Below are positions 49,000 through 61,518 of a DNA stretch of 64,000 nt, one piece after another (within the stretch, counting starts at the first letter, position 1; every line of letters begins with the position of its first letter). The stretch spans positions 3,295,914 through 3,359,913 of the forward strand of contig NC_081386.1 in NCBI RefSeq assembly GCF_030684315.1, read 5' to 3'. The position numbers and the translations under genes are program-made. The notes beneath the pieces are model-generated. The model was not told where the DNA came from. It worked only from the letters and a program-made list of their open reading frames with translations, and ran no database searches. The stretch comes from Stegostoma tigrinum. Its lineage: Eukaryota.

Positions 49000-50070
49000 C
49001 CTGCCTCATCAGCCTCAAGAAGAAGGCGGCCTTTGGCAGGATATTGGACACCTACATGAGGGATGTGCCCCCAAACTGGGTTTTGGGCAGGGAATGTACA
49101 AATAGATCCAACTGCTTAACGTCAACAGCAGTCAGGCAAAGTTAATCAATAGGTGGGAATCAGAAAGCTTCAAGATTAGATCTGGAGTGAGGCAGGGCTA
49201 GACACTCTTTCTCCTGCCTTGTTTGTGTGTTGTACAGAGCCTTTTGCAGAGTCCATCAGGAAGGAAGCGAGCCTGAGAGGGCTGACTATTCTAGGCAGTG
49301 GAGGCGTGCAGGTCAAAGCCTCCTTGTACGTGAATGATGACGTCATTTTCTGCTCAGATTCTCTGCCAATGCATCGACTCATGAGCATCTAAGACCAGTT
49401 TGAGCTGGCCTTGGGAGCCAAAAAAATTGAGGCAAGAGCGAGGCCCTGTTCTTTGAGAACTGGGGCCCATTGATCCTTTATCCCTTTAACCATGAGGTCA
49501 GATTACCTGTAGGTGCGTGGTAAAGGGTTCAGAGGGACTGGGTACATGTGCTATAATGTAGAAGGAGTGTATCACCAATGTAATTCAAAAACTGGGCATG
49601 TGAAAAATCTGTGCCATCTCCGTGGCGGGTATAAACCTGGTCACTACATGTGAGATTCTCTTGGTGTAGGTCTGGCCCATTCCCCTGTGCTACAGTGATC
49701 ACCCAAACCAGTTTCTATTTCACCTGAAAATCAAAGATGGATCATGTTCACTGGGAAGCTCTGTACAATTCTCTGGACGGAGGCAGGAAGAATATATCCG
49801 ATGTCACCCTCATCCTGATGGTTATCTTTGTGTGCAACTGCATCATGCTATGCATAGACTCGCAGTACACAAATACCAAGTGTCACTATGTGATGAGATT
49901 CTACCTGTCCCTGGTATTATGAAGCATATGTCTAGTCACATTGCTGCAAATGCTCCAAGTAGTTGAACTGTACTGTATCAAATGCAATACTTTTATTTTC
50001 AGTAATGATCATCTTGCATTGTTTTATTATGTACTTATAGATAATTTATGAATAAAGCATTTTCTTGCAA
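49000..50070 (+). mobile_element. Tx1/L1-clade LINE RT fragment
   Basis: K.AFGRI; INRWESESFKIRSGVRQG; LSPALFVCCTEPFAESIRKEASLRG; VKASLY..DDV. Confidence 0.8.
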
Positions 50071-50465
50071 ACTAGAAAAGATCAGAGAGGGTTCAAAGCA
50101 GCAACCAGTAGATGATGAAGCATCATCTAGACTTGAAGCGTTAGCTTGCTGTCTCTCCATGGATGCTACCTGACTGTGATCTCCAGCATTTTTGTTTTCA
50201 GTTCACTGAATAGTTGGATTTTGGTCTTTATAAATACTGCAACTAAAGGAACTCTTAAGAGCTAAAGCTGTGCTGGATTTTATTATTCCTTTCTGTACAA
50301 GTGACCCTTCTTCCCAACCATCTGTTTCAAAGTTTATTACCTGAGTTTGTGTTTGAGGTTGCATCTTCTTATTTTTCTCAAGTTTGATAGGTAATAAAAC
50401 TCCACTCTCTCTCTGTTATGCATATCTAGCAATCGTATGACCTTCATTTTTCATCCGGTCAACTA

Positions 50466-51522
50466 AGAATTAGAATTAGAATCCCTACAGCGTGGAAACA
50501 GGCCCTTCAGCCCTTTGAAGTACAAAGGGATCTTGGAGTGTTGGTCCAGGATTCTCTAAAGGTTAACTTGCAGGTAGAGTCCGTAATTAAGAAAGTGAAT
50601 GTAATGTTGTCGTTTATCTCAAGAGGGTTGGAATATAAAAGCAGCGATGTGCTTCTGAGGCTTTATAAAGCTCTAGTTAGGCCCCATTTAGAATACTGTG
50701 TCCAATTTTGGGCCCCACAGCTCAGGAAGGACATACTAGCCCTCGAGTGTGTCCAGCGGAGATTCACAGGGATGATCCCTGGAATGGTAGGTTTAACGTA
50801 TGATGAACGGCTAAGGATCCTGGGATTGTACTCATTAGAGTTTAGAAGGTTGAGGGGAGATCTAATAGAAACTTACAAGATAATGTATGGTTTAGAAGGG
50901 GTGGACGCTAGGAAGTTGTTTCTGTTAGGAGACTAGGACCCGTGGGCACAGCCTTAAAATTAGAGGGGGTGAATTTAAAACTGAAATAAGACGACATTTC
51001 TTCAGCCAGAGAGTGGTAGGCTTGTGGAATTAATTACCACGAAGTGCAGTGGAGGCCGGGACGTTGGATGCCTTCAAGGCAGAGATCGACAAATTCTTGA
51101 TCTCAGAAGGAATCAAGGGCTACGGGGAGAGTGCAGGGAAGTGGTGTTGAAATGCTCATCAGCCATGATTTAAATGGCGGAGTGGACTTGATGGGCTGAA
51201 TGGCCTTACTTCTACTTCTATGTCTTATGTTCTTATGGCCCAACAAGTCTACACCAAACCTCAGAACATCCCACCCAGACCCAGCCCCCATAACCCACCT
51301 AATCTGCACATGCCTGAACACTATGGGCAATTTAGCATGGCCAATCCACCTAGCCTGCGCATCTTTGGACTGTGGGAGGAAACCGGAGCACCTGGAGGAA
51401 ACCCACACAGACACAGGGAGAATATGCAAACTCTACGTAGGCAGTCGCCCGAGGCTGGAATCAAATCCAAGTCCCTGGTGCTGTGAGGCAGCATTGCTAA
51501 CCACTGAGCCACTGTGCTGCCC
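50466..51522 (-). mobile_element. HE1-type SINE split by a CR1 insertion
   Basis: SINE tail at 50466-50513 and body at 51238-51522; gccc is duplicated at the junctions. Confidence 0.85.
50514..51237 (+). mobile_element. CR1 LINE 3' fragment
   Basis: LYKALVRPHLEYCVQFWAP...RRLRGDLIETYKIM; tail ctatgtcttatgttcttatg. Confidence 0.92.
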
Positions 51523-52004
51523 TAATTTATTTCTATTGACCATGGAGGTAAAACAAGGAGAAATGAATCACCCCTCTTCACCTGACAACATCACCATTTA
51601 TCTCAACAATTCAGAGTCTGGAAAGAGGAGCGTTATCTTAAATTTAAAGAAGTTCAGCATCAAAAGACCAGAAGACATTCATAAACATGCAGAACTTGGG
51701 TGTAATTGACTTTGAGATTGGCAAATATAAGATGTTATATTTTGGTAGGAAGAATATTGAAGCCACATACTCCTTGTACAATAGAGGTCTAGATAGAGTA
51801 AGGAACAGTGAAATCTGGGGGTGCAAGTGCACAATTAGGTAAAAATAACAAAAATGATTTATAAAGTGTTCATTTCTAGAAGAAAAGAATAGAATTGATG
51901 ATGGGATTAAAGTTAAAATATTAATAGCTAGACTGCATTATCAGCGATGTCAGATGGTGTCATGTCATATGAAACTGGAAACTGATTGCAAACCTGATTT
52001 ATCC

Positions 52005-52685
52005 TCACTATCAACATCCTGGGGGTTACCATAGACCAGAAACTGAACTGGACTAGCCACATAAATACAATGGTTACAAGAAAAGGTCTGAGGCTAGGAA
52101 TCCTGCAGGAAATAACTCCCCCCACCCCACCCCCCCAACGAGTCTCCAAAGCCTGTCCACTGTTTACAAGGCACAAGTCAGAGTGCAATGGACTACTCCC
52201 CACTTGCCTGGACTGTTGTTCCAACAACACTCAAGAACAGAACACCACTCAGGACAAAGCAGCCTGCTGGACTGGCACCACATCCATAAGCTTTCTCCAT
52301 CACTGACACTATGTAGCAGTAGTGTGTACTATCAATAAGATGCACTGAAGAAATTCCCCAGAGCTCCTTACACAGCATCTTACACAGCATCTTCCAAACC
52401 CACACCACTGCCATCTAAAAGGACAAGGGCAGCAGATACATGGGAACATTCCCAGTAGCAAGCCACTTACCATCCTGACTTGGAAATGTATCGCCGTTCC
52501 TTCGGTGTCCCTGCATCAAAATCATGGAATTCCATCTCTCATGGCATTGTGGGTCTACTGACAGTACGTGGGCTGCAGCAGTTCAAGAAGGCAGTTCACC
52601 ATCACCTTCTCAAGGGGCAACTAGGGACGGGCAATAAATGCTGGCCTGGCCATTAGCACCTATATCCCATGTCTGAATAAAAACA
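52005..52685 (+). mobile_element. CR1/L2-group LINE (second family) 3' end
   Basis: INILGVTIDQKLNWTSHIN; tail gggcaataaatgctggcc...cccatgtctgaataaaa. Confidence 0.82.
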
Positions 52686-53189
52686 TAGTCCTGGCAAAGT
52701 CCTGCAGCATCATGTATCTGATTACAATGTAAGTTGTTGGTAAACGTTCCATGGTTTTCACTAGTATGGTGTTTAGTCTTTGTGTGTCTAAAGCTCCCAA
52801 AAGCTGCTCAACTATTTCTATGCTGGAAAGCAAACAGGTTGTACTAAAATTGTATGAAGACTTCGGTGGCAACGCATCGGAGTCTGCAAATATTTCTGGG
52901 GTCCATTTCATGAAAGTGACATAGATGCACAAGAAAGTTACCAGAATGATGCTGGAGCTGGGAGGCTATCTTCATCAGGGAAGTTTGAGGAGGATGGATG
53001 TTCTTCTCTAGACAGAACATCACGAGGTAATCTAATAAAGGTCTTTAAGGGCTTGATCTGAGTGAAAAGATGATGTTTCTATTTGAAGGGTGAAAATCTA
53101 GGGGCAATAGGGTTACTAATGAATCCAATGCGGAATTCGGGAAAAACCTCTTCGGCTGGAGCGGAGAGTATGTGAAACTAGCCAGAAGC

Positions 53190-53350
53190 TGGATAACACA
53201 GTGTGGAGGTGGAAGGAACACAGCAGGTCAGGCAGCAGCAGAGGAGCAGGAGAGTCGACGTTTCAGGACGGGACCCTTCATCAGGCCTGCTGTATTCTTC
53301 CAGCTCTGCACTGTGTTATCTCTGACTCCAGCATCGGCAGCTCTTACTCT
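53190..53350. mobile_element. Miniature fold-back PLE
   Basis: gataacacagtgtggag... is inverted relative to ...ctctgcactgtgttatc, followed by the tail tctgactccagcatcggcag. Confidence 0.75.
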
Positions 53351-53429
53351 CTCCGTGAAGCTTTCATCCCAAAGAAAAGAAAGATTATCTGGTTGGTGGG
53401 GGGGGTGAAATTAGACAGTCATGGCTGAT

Positions 53430-54455
53430 AGAGGAAGTCAGGAAATGTATCAAAGAAAACGAGACAGCCTATAAAATGGCCAAGAGTACGGGGAAATCAC
53501 AAGATTGGGAAGGCTACAAAAACAAACAAAGGATAACAAAGAGAGAAATAAGGAAGGACAGGATCAAATATGAAGGTAAGCTAGCTGGTAATATTAGAAA
53601 TGATAGTAAAAGTTTCTTTCAATACATAAGAAACAAACGAGAGGTAAAAGTAGACATTGGGCCAATCCAAGTTGATGCTGGGAGGCTAGTGATGGGAGAT
53701 AAAGAAATAGCTGAAGAACTTAATAATTACTTTACGTCAGTCTTCACAGTGGAAGACATGATAGTATCCCAACAATTAAGGAGAGTCAGGGGGCAGAGTT
53801 GAGTATGGTAGGCATTACAAAAGAGAAAGTGCTAGAAAAGCTAAAGGGTCTAAAAATTGATAAATTTCCTGGCCCCGATGGGCTACATCCTAGAATTCTG
53901 AGGGAGGTCGCTGAGGAAATAGCAGAGGCTTTTGTTGTGATCTTTCAAAAGTCACTGGAGTCAGGGAAAGTCCCAGATGATTGGAAAATTGCTGTTGTAA
54001 CCCCCTTGTTTAAGAAAGGATCAAGGCAAAGTTGGAAAATTATAGGCCAATTAGCCTAACCTCGGTTGTTGGTAAAATTCTAGAATCCGTTGTCAAGGAT
54101 GAGATTTCTAAATTCTTGGAAGTGCAGGGTCAGATTAGAACAAGTCAGCATGGATTCAGTAAGGGAGGTTGTGCCTGACAATCAGAGGGGGTAAATTTAA
54201 AACGGAAATGAGATATTTCTTCAGCCAGAGAGTGGTGGACCTGTGGAATTCATGGTCACAGAGCATAGTGGAGGCCGGGATGTTAAATGTCTCAAGGTGG
54301 AAATTGATAAATTCTTGATCTCACAAAGAATCAAGGGCTACGGGGAGAGTGCAGGGACGTGGAGTTGAAATGCCCAGCAGCCCTGATTAAATGGGGGAGT
54401 GGACTTGATGGGCCGAATGGCCTTACTTCCACTCCTATGTCTTACGGTCTTATGG
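53430..54455 (+). mobile_element. CR1 LINE ORF2 fragment with internal deletion
   Basis: KSFFQYIRNKR; PGPDGLHPRILRE; PDDWKIAVVTPLFKKG. Jumps at ~54181 to the same 3' end as 50514-51237. Confidence 0.9.
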
Positions 54456-54964
54456 AATAAAAGACGGGGTTCAGGGTGCGGGAGGGGAATGGGAGGATAT
54501 GATAACAGTCTAGAGAGGGTGAGGCTGGAACATGCGGGCTGTTTGGGCCAAGTAGCTTGTAATGTTTAGAATGCTGCATGGCACATGGGACTGTTACAAA
54601 ATAAATTCACCCCAAAAGTGCGATTATTCCAGTGTTACTTAAATATAGAATGAGTTAAAAATAGAATTTCGTGTTTACAGAATCGCGGAGACTTTCAATG
54701 CTTATAGATAGTAGGAACTGCCGATGCTAGAGTCTGAGATAACAAGCTCCATTAGCTTTCCTCCTCCTCTGATTCTGCCAGGCCTGCACTGTTCCTCTCG
54801 CTCCAGACCTTGTGTTCCAATGCTCAGTTGTACTTCGTATCTTGTCAAGATACAACACGATTGGCGGTGCAGCTACGAATTGACTCGTATTGATTCAGCT
54901 CTTTGTTGAACATTGAAAAGGAAGTGCCTTCCCTCTCACTGTGTCAGTCTGTCTCCTCAGAAAC

Positions 54965-55045
54965 ATGTCCTTCCTGAAAGTGGAAGAGGACTCGGATTTC
55001 CCAATCCAGAACCTTCCGTTCGGTGTATTTTCCACTCCGGATAAC
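54965..55045 (+). CDS. FAH: Fumarylacetoacetase exon 1
   Basis: MSFLKVEEDSDFPIQNLPFGVFSTPDN (compare human [27 protein letters not shown]). 81 nt; donor |gtaggt. Confidence 0.96.
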
Positions 55046-57386
55046 GTAGGTGACTCGAAAATATTTCACACCATGGTGGGGGCGGAGGCTTTTATCAGGA
55101 GCGGTGTGAGTTTCAGTTTGGGCAAAGTGTCTGAAATGGACTCAAAGCCTATGAAAACTTAACGATGTTGGGATAACTCGGCAGTTCCGGTGTCGCATTC
55201 GAAACGTTAAACTCTGTTACAGATTCAGCTAGCTTCCCAACACTTTTTTGTGTTTCATTTTTCCAGAACCCGCAACGTTTGCTTTAGCTTTGATGTCTGG
55301 TCTGTGAACCAGTGTACACCATTTTACCACACCTAGTGCAGCGAGAAACAGGAGCTTTACAATATTAACTCTTTCCCCGTGAAATTGAGCCGTGAAACCC
55401 CCACTTCAGGACAAAAGGAAATTTCTCTGTGCCTGGATAACTCCCCGATGTTTCTGTCACTTTTCAATCAATTTATTTAGCTTGGGAACGCGTTTGAAGT
55501 GTCTACCATTGCGTTATCCCTGAGTAGTGTTCATTTGTGCCCATCAAACGTTGAGCAGCAGGGCTGAACTTAGATAGCGCCTTTCACAGTATCAGCAATG
55601 TTCAGAATGAAATATTCCCGAAAGTTACTCACCGTTGCAATGTCCCATTGTATCAGTCAGAACAATTCCCCAGACACAGCAATGAGATAAATAATCATAA
55701 TGTTTGTAGTGATATTGCTGTCAGGACAAATATGGATCGGAAAATCAAGGAAAACTTAATTGAACTGGTCCTATGGAATCTTGGGTGTTTACTTGAGAGG
55801 ACAAGTAATTGATTTAACTTTTGACCCAAAAGGGGATCTGACTGACAGTGCCCTCAGTGCTGTGCTAGAGGTGCAAACCTAGGAGAGGGCATACAGCAAT
55901 GCTTGTCCAGCCTCGAACCTCTGGTTTACGGATTACAGCTAGTGCCATATGGTACAATAGACCTCCTTTGAAAGTGACACAGAGGCTGAGCAAGGGTAAG
56001 GCTAGGTGAATGGATTTGGTGAATATGCGCTCAGGTGAACGCTACATAACTGCAGATTGTCATTACCATGTTTATAGTGAAGAGACGTCTCAGAGTTTGT
56101 TTTCGAGAAGCTGCAAAACAGGGTCCACTGCAGGGACCTGATGTTCAGAATGCATTAGCAATTGGCCAGAGATTTCACAAGATTGTAAATAAACCATAAT
56201 CAGCATCAGAAACATCTGAAAAACAGTTTAGCAACCTGGTCAAAGGGGAGTGTTTAAAGAAATTCACATTTATTTAAAGAAAGATACAATTGCATGGATC
56301 AAGGGTATCCATTTGTAGGTTAAGCCAAGGGCCACAGTCAAACAGTGTCATGAAGCCAGCAGTAAAACTAGTTCCTGCCAACAGTACACTGATCTTCACA
56401 GGCTCTGGGTCAGAGACCTCTGCCGGCAGAGTTATGCAGTCCTTGGATTGCTATCAGGAGACAAACTTCATCATCAATCATTGTCAGAAAAGTCAACAAG
56501 GTCTTTAAAATTATTGAAAGTAAAAGTTACTGCTGAAAATATGTTAATGATTTACAACTTTTATGTGAAGTGTGGCTTAAGCAAAGCCAGAAAGAGCAGC
56601 TCTGCATTTGTCAGTGTCTTGCTTTTGGACAGGAGAAAGAAGCTGTAAAAACAAAGGGGGTTGGGGTCTCAGAACGTTGGCTAAAGAAACAGTCGTTGGC
56701 TGGAATGACAGTGGAGATGCCAGAAATAAGATCAAGTGTGTTCACACAGGTTGAACAAATGAATAAAAAACGGAGAAATCACACTGCCAGGAGTCTTCGT
56801 CAGATACCAAACAGGAAGAGAGAAAAGCAGCCGTGTAGGCAAATTACGGAGAAGTGATGACACAAGTGGACAGTAACAGTGGGGCGAATATTCCACCTGA
56901 ATATTAACTTGGATAAATTCAGTGTAGTAGGCGCAGAATACCAGAATGCATGCAGTCAGAAAATATGTCAGAAGGTAGCAAGGGCAAAAAGAAAAAGATT
57001 CAGTTTAAGGATATGAAGCTGAGTAGATAGAAGAGAAATTAGTAGGGGAATATAATGATGGTTACTATCATAATTCAGATAGATTTGACATTGTTACAGA
57101 AAAGTGCACAGTAGACCAAAAACAATGTTACTAAACTGAGATGTGATTGACAAAAGTAGCCCGGAAACAGCTGTAGGTGTTGAAGGTAATTTAAAAAAAA
57201 ATGTTTACTCTTGGGATGTGGGCACCATTGGCTGGTAAGCGTTTATAATCTGTCCCTGGCTGCCCTTGAGAAGGTGGTGGTGAGCTGCCTTCTTGAACCG
57301 CTGCAGTCCACATGCTGTAGGTCGACCCACAATGCCCTTAGGGAGGGAATTCCAGAATTTTGAACATTGAAGGAATGGCAGTATAT

Positions 57387-58836
57387 CATAGAACATAGAA
57401 CATTACAGCACAGTACAGGCCCTTCGGCCCTCGATGTTGTGCCGACCTGTCATACCGATCTCAAGCCCATCTAACCTACACTATTCCATGTACGTCCATA
57501 TGCTTGTCCAATGATGACTTAAATGTACCTAAAGTTGGCAAATCTACTACCGTTGCAGGCAAAGCATTCCATTCCCTTACTACTCTCTGAGTAAAGAAAC
57601 TACCTCTGACATCTGTCCTATACCTTTCACCCCTCAATTTAAAGCTATGCCCCCTCGTGCTCGCCGTCACCATCCTAGGAAAAAGGCTCTCCCTATCCAC
57701 CCTATCTAACCCTCTGATTATTTTATATGTTTCAATTAAGTCACCTCTCAACCTTCTTCTCTCTAATGAAAACAGCCTCAAGTCCCTCAGCCTTTCCTCG
57801 TAAGACCTTCCCTCCATACCAGGCAACATCCTAGTAAATCTTCTCTGCACCCTTTCCAAAGCTTCCACATCCTTCTTATAATGTGGTGACCAGAACTGTA
57901 CGTAATATTCCAAGTGCGGCAGCACCAGAGTTTTGTACAGCTTCACCATAACCTCTTTGTTCCGGAACTCGATCCCCCTATTAATAAAAGCTAAAACACT
58001 GTATGCCTTCTTAACAGCCCTGTCAACCTGGGTGGTAACTTTCAAGGATCTGTGTACATGGACACCGAGATCTCTCTGCTCATCTACACTGCTATGAATC
58101 TTACCATTATCCCTGTACTTTGCCTTCCGGTTACTCCTACCAAAGTGCATCACCTCACACTTGTCCGCATTAAACACCATTTGCCACCTCTCAGCCCAGC
58201 TCTGCAGCTTATCTATGTCTCTCTGCAACCTACAGCATCCTTCGTCACTATCCACAACTCCACCGACCTTAGTGTCATCTGCAAATTTACTAACTCATCC
58301 TTCTACGCCCTCATCCAGGTCATTTATAAAAATGACAAACAGCAGTGGACCCAACACCGACCCTTGCAGTACACCACTAGTAACTGCTCTCCAGGATGAA
58401 CATTTCCCATCAACTATCACCCTCTGTCTTCTTTCAGCAAGCCAATTTCCGATCCAAACTGCTATAACTCCCACAATTCCATTCCTCCGCATTTTGTACA
58501 ATAGCCTATTGTGGGGAACCTTATCGAACGCCTTGCTGAAATCCATATACACCACATCAACCGGTTTACTCTCATCTACCTGTTTGGTCACCTTCTCAAA
58601 GAACTCAATAAAGTTTGTGAGGCACAACCTACCCTTCACAAAACTGTGCTGACTATCCCTAATCAATTTATTCTTTTCTAGATGATTATAAATCCTATCC
58701 CTTATAACCTTTTCCAATAGTTTACCAACAACTGAGGTAAGGCTCACTGGTCTATAATTACCAGGGTTGTCTCTACTCCCCTTCTTGAACAGGGGAACCA
58801 CATTTGCTATCCTCCAGTCATCTGGCACTATTCCTG
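57387..58836 (-). mobile_element. Young 1.45-kb CR1/HER1-like LINE (RT domain, one in-frame stop)
   Basis: [16 protein letters not shown]...[12 protein letters not shown]...[11 protein letters not shown]...GSVLGPLLF...KFADD...RRLRGDLIETYKI. (TTCTATG)n tail; TSD ATGGCARTATAT at 57375-57386 and 58858-58869. Confidence 0.95.
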
Positions 58837-58875
58837 TAAATATATCACGCCATATATATGGCAATATATATTACG

Positions 58876-59220
58876 GGGAGGCGATGGCCTAATGGTATTC
58901 TCTCTGGACTATTAATCCAGAGACCCAGACAACATTGTGGGGACCTGGGTTCGAATCCCGCAACAAGAGATGGTGGAATTGAATTTAATAAATATCTGGA
59001 ATTAAGAGGGCAATGATGACCATGAATCCATTGCCAATTGTTGGGAAAAAAACCACCTGGTTTATTAGGGAAGGGAACTGCCATCCTTACCTGGTCGGCC
59101 TACATGTTACTCCAGACTCACATCAATGCAGTTGAGTCTTAACTGCCCTCTGGGCAATTAGGGGTGTGCAATAAATGCAGCCTGGTCAGCGATGCCCTCA
59201 TCCCATAAATGAGTAAAGAA
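58876..59220 (+). mobile_element. Second SINE family, full length
   Basis: A box tggcctaatggt; B box ggttcgaatcc; 3' tail shared with the second LINE family. Confidence 0.85.
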
Positions 59221-59579
59221 GAAAAAACGCATTCCAAGTCAGGATGGTGAGTGACTTGGAGGGGAACTTGCAAGTGGTAGTGTTTCCATGTATCTGTGCT
59301 CTGTTCCTTGGAAGTGGTTACGGGTTTGGAAGGGTCTCGACCTGAAACACCAACTTTCCTGCTCTGATGCTGCCTGGCCAGCTGTGTTCCTCCAGCCCCA
59401 CACTGTGTTATCTCTGACTCCGGCATCTGCAGTTCTTGTTATTCCCAGCTTCTGTTCTGCTCTTGTAGCCACTGTGTTTGTGTAGTGAGTACAGTTGAGT
59501 TTCTGGTCAATAGTAATCTCCTGAATGCAGATAGTGTGGGATTCAGAGGCAGTGGTTAGATCATCTCTTATTGGAGATC

Positions 59580-60165
59580 TATGAATTCTCTCTCTCTCCC
59601 TCTCACTCTTTCCCTCAACCACATACATATGCGCACATATATGTATATCTATGGGGTGAATCTGTATTTGCAGATACATTCTATTTTGTTTAGAAAGCAT
59701 GCAATTTATAGATAGCCAGTCAATGCGGTATTTTATAAATTCCTACTTTGGAAATATAACCAGTCTGACTCCAAACCAAAACACTAACAGATTCTAAACA
59801 AGGTTTCACACCTAACATGCATTGTCTGACCTAAAATCTCACCTCTTCTTTACACTGATAAATCCTTTAATTCTCTCAGGTCAGTGACTTGAAATGAATT
59901 CAGGGATTTAGATGTACAATCAATTAAAACCTTCTAACTGATTAAAGATTTAACAGCATCTTAGGTTTGTTTAATACATTCTCATCCATGGTGTGACCCT
60001 TTGATCTTTTACGTATAAATTCTGCATCTGGTACCATCTCACTAATACCTGAAGGAGGACCGAGGCTCCGAAAGCTTGTGTTTTCAAATAAACCCTGTTG
60101 GACTATAACCTGGTGCTGTATGTTTTCTGACCTTGTCCACCCCAGTCCAACACCAGCACCTCCAT
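59580..60165 (+). mobile_element. PLE family-2 terminal region
   Basis: Degenerate hammerhead cctgaaggagg...gctccGAAAgctt, then ataaaccctgttggactataacctggtg and the tail ttgtccaccccagtccaacacc. Confidence 0.7.
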
Positions 60166-60789
60166 ATTATGAATAATGAAATCAGTGAGCAGTGGGAAGT
60201 ATTCAAGAAGGAGAAAGAGAGTGCTCAAAACAAGTGTGATCACAGAAAGAATAAGAGCAGTTATCCCAACTCTTTAGCCCCAGATGTCAAAGACCATGTA
60301 GGACAGGACAAGGCACACAAAAGGGAAGCTTGTCCCAATACTGTAGAAAACCTAGAGCATTACAAACATGCATGGTAAAATTTCTAATCACATTAGGAAA
60401 GCAAAGAGTATGCATGAAAAGATATTGGCAAGTAAGTTAAAAAGATCCCTAAATCCATAAACAACAAAAGGATAACTAAGGAAAAGATCAAAAAGTTCAA
60501 AGGTAGAAGATGTAGACATGTTTATTTCAACACGTGCAGAATCTCTGAGGTTGTCAGTCATCAACTGGAGTGTATTCATTGGGAGAACAGGCCAGATATT
60601 GTCTTTTACTAAGAGACTTTCTAGGCTACATGAGAACAATAAATCAGGAAAAAGAAATAAATATTTGCAGAAAGATTAAAACCAGAGGCAGGATGTAAAT
60701 GTCGTGGGCAGACATCACAGAACATAAAGGAAGTATTTCCAGTGTAAGGAAGCAATACTATAGCTGCAAGAAACTGTATCTAAGAACCA

Positions 60790-60915
60790 AAAGCGGATGC
60801 TGTAAATCAGGAACAAAAAGAAAGTTGCTGGAAAAGCTCAGCAGGTCTGTCAGTATCTGTGGAGGAGAAAAAAAGAGTTAACGTTTTGGGTCCGGTGACC
60901 CTTCCTCAGAACTGT
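60790..60915 (-). mobile_element. PLE family-3 terminus with hammerhead motif (G12 mutated)
   Basis: Minus strand: cagtt CTGAGGA a gggtc accg gaccc aAAA cgtt aact. Confidence 0.75.
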
Positions 60916-61407
60916 ATGTGTTTAGTTGGAAAGAAGCAAAGGAAGCTTAGAGGGAGAGACAGGTGATAAAGCGATGTCAGACAATGATTCTGGTGCATCG
61001 TTCAGCAGGTTGGTGATGTCAGGTCTAAAGATACTTATGGTTTGTGTTTGTTAGAATGATGACTGCAGAAGAAGAACATCGAATGAATATGAAGTATCAG
61101 ATAGACACTGATACTTCATGTAACATCAAGAGTTTTGAAGAACTGTGTGAAGTGGCTCAAGATGGTACTTAACAAGCAAGATTATTGGACAGTGAGCAGA
61201 AGTTTCTGAGTTCTAGCATCTGTTTATTTCTAATTTATTGTGGAGTATGTTTGTTGCTACTGACCAGCTCAGCACAGACTGTGGATGGGGAATCTCTTGA
61301 GTCTGGCCTTTACACGGCCATGTGAAATTTCATCTGCAGACATTTGTACGATTGAGACTAGTAGAAAGGATATTTTAATTATCTCTGCTTTCCTTTTGTG
61401 CTTTCAG

Positions 61408-61518
61408 CCAAACCATAGAATCGGTGTTGCCATTGGAGACCAGATCTTAGACCTCAGTGTCGTCAAACATCTCTTCACTGGCTCAGCTCTCTCTAAACAT
61501 CAACATGTCTTCGCCCAG
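61408..61518 (+). CDS. FAH: Fumarylacetoacetase exon 2
   Basis: ttttgtgctttcag acceptor. Reads [37 protein letters not shown]. 111 nt; donor CAG|gtaagg. Confidence 0.97.

Larger units (their letters stand above)
57205..59550 (-). mobile_element. Second-family LINE host fragments (57205-57386, 59230-59335, 59440-59550) split by three younger insertions
   Basis: The pieces are collinear reverse complements of 63100-63790. Confidence 0.75.
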
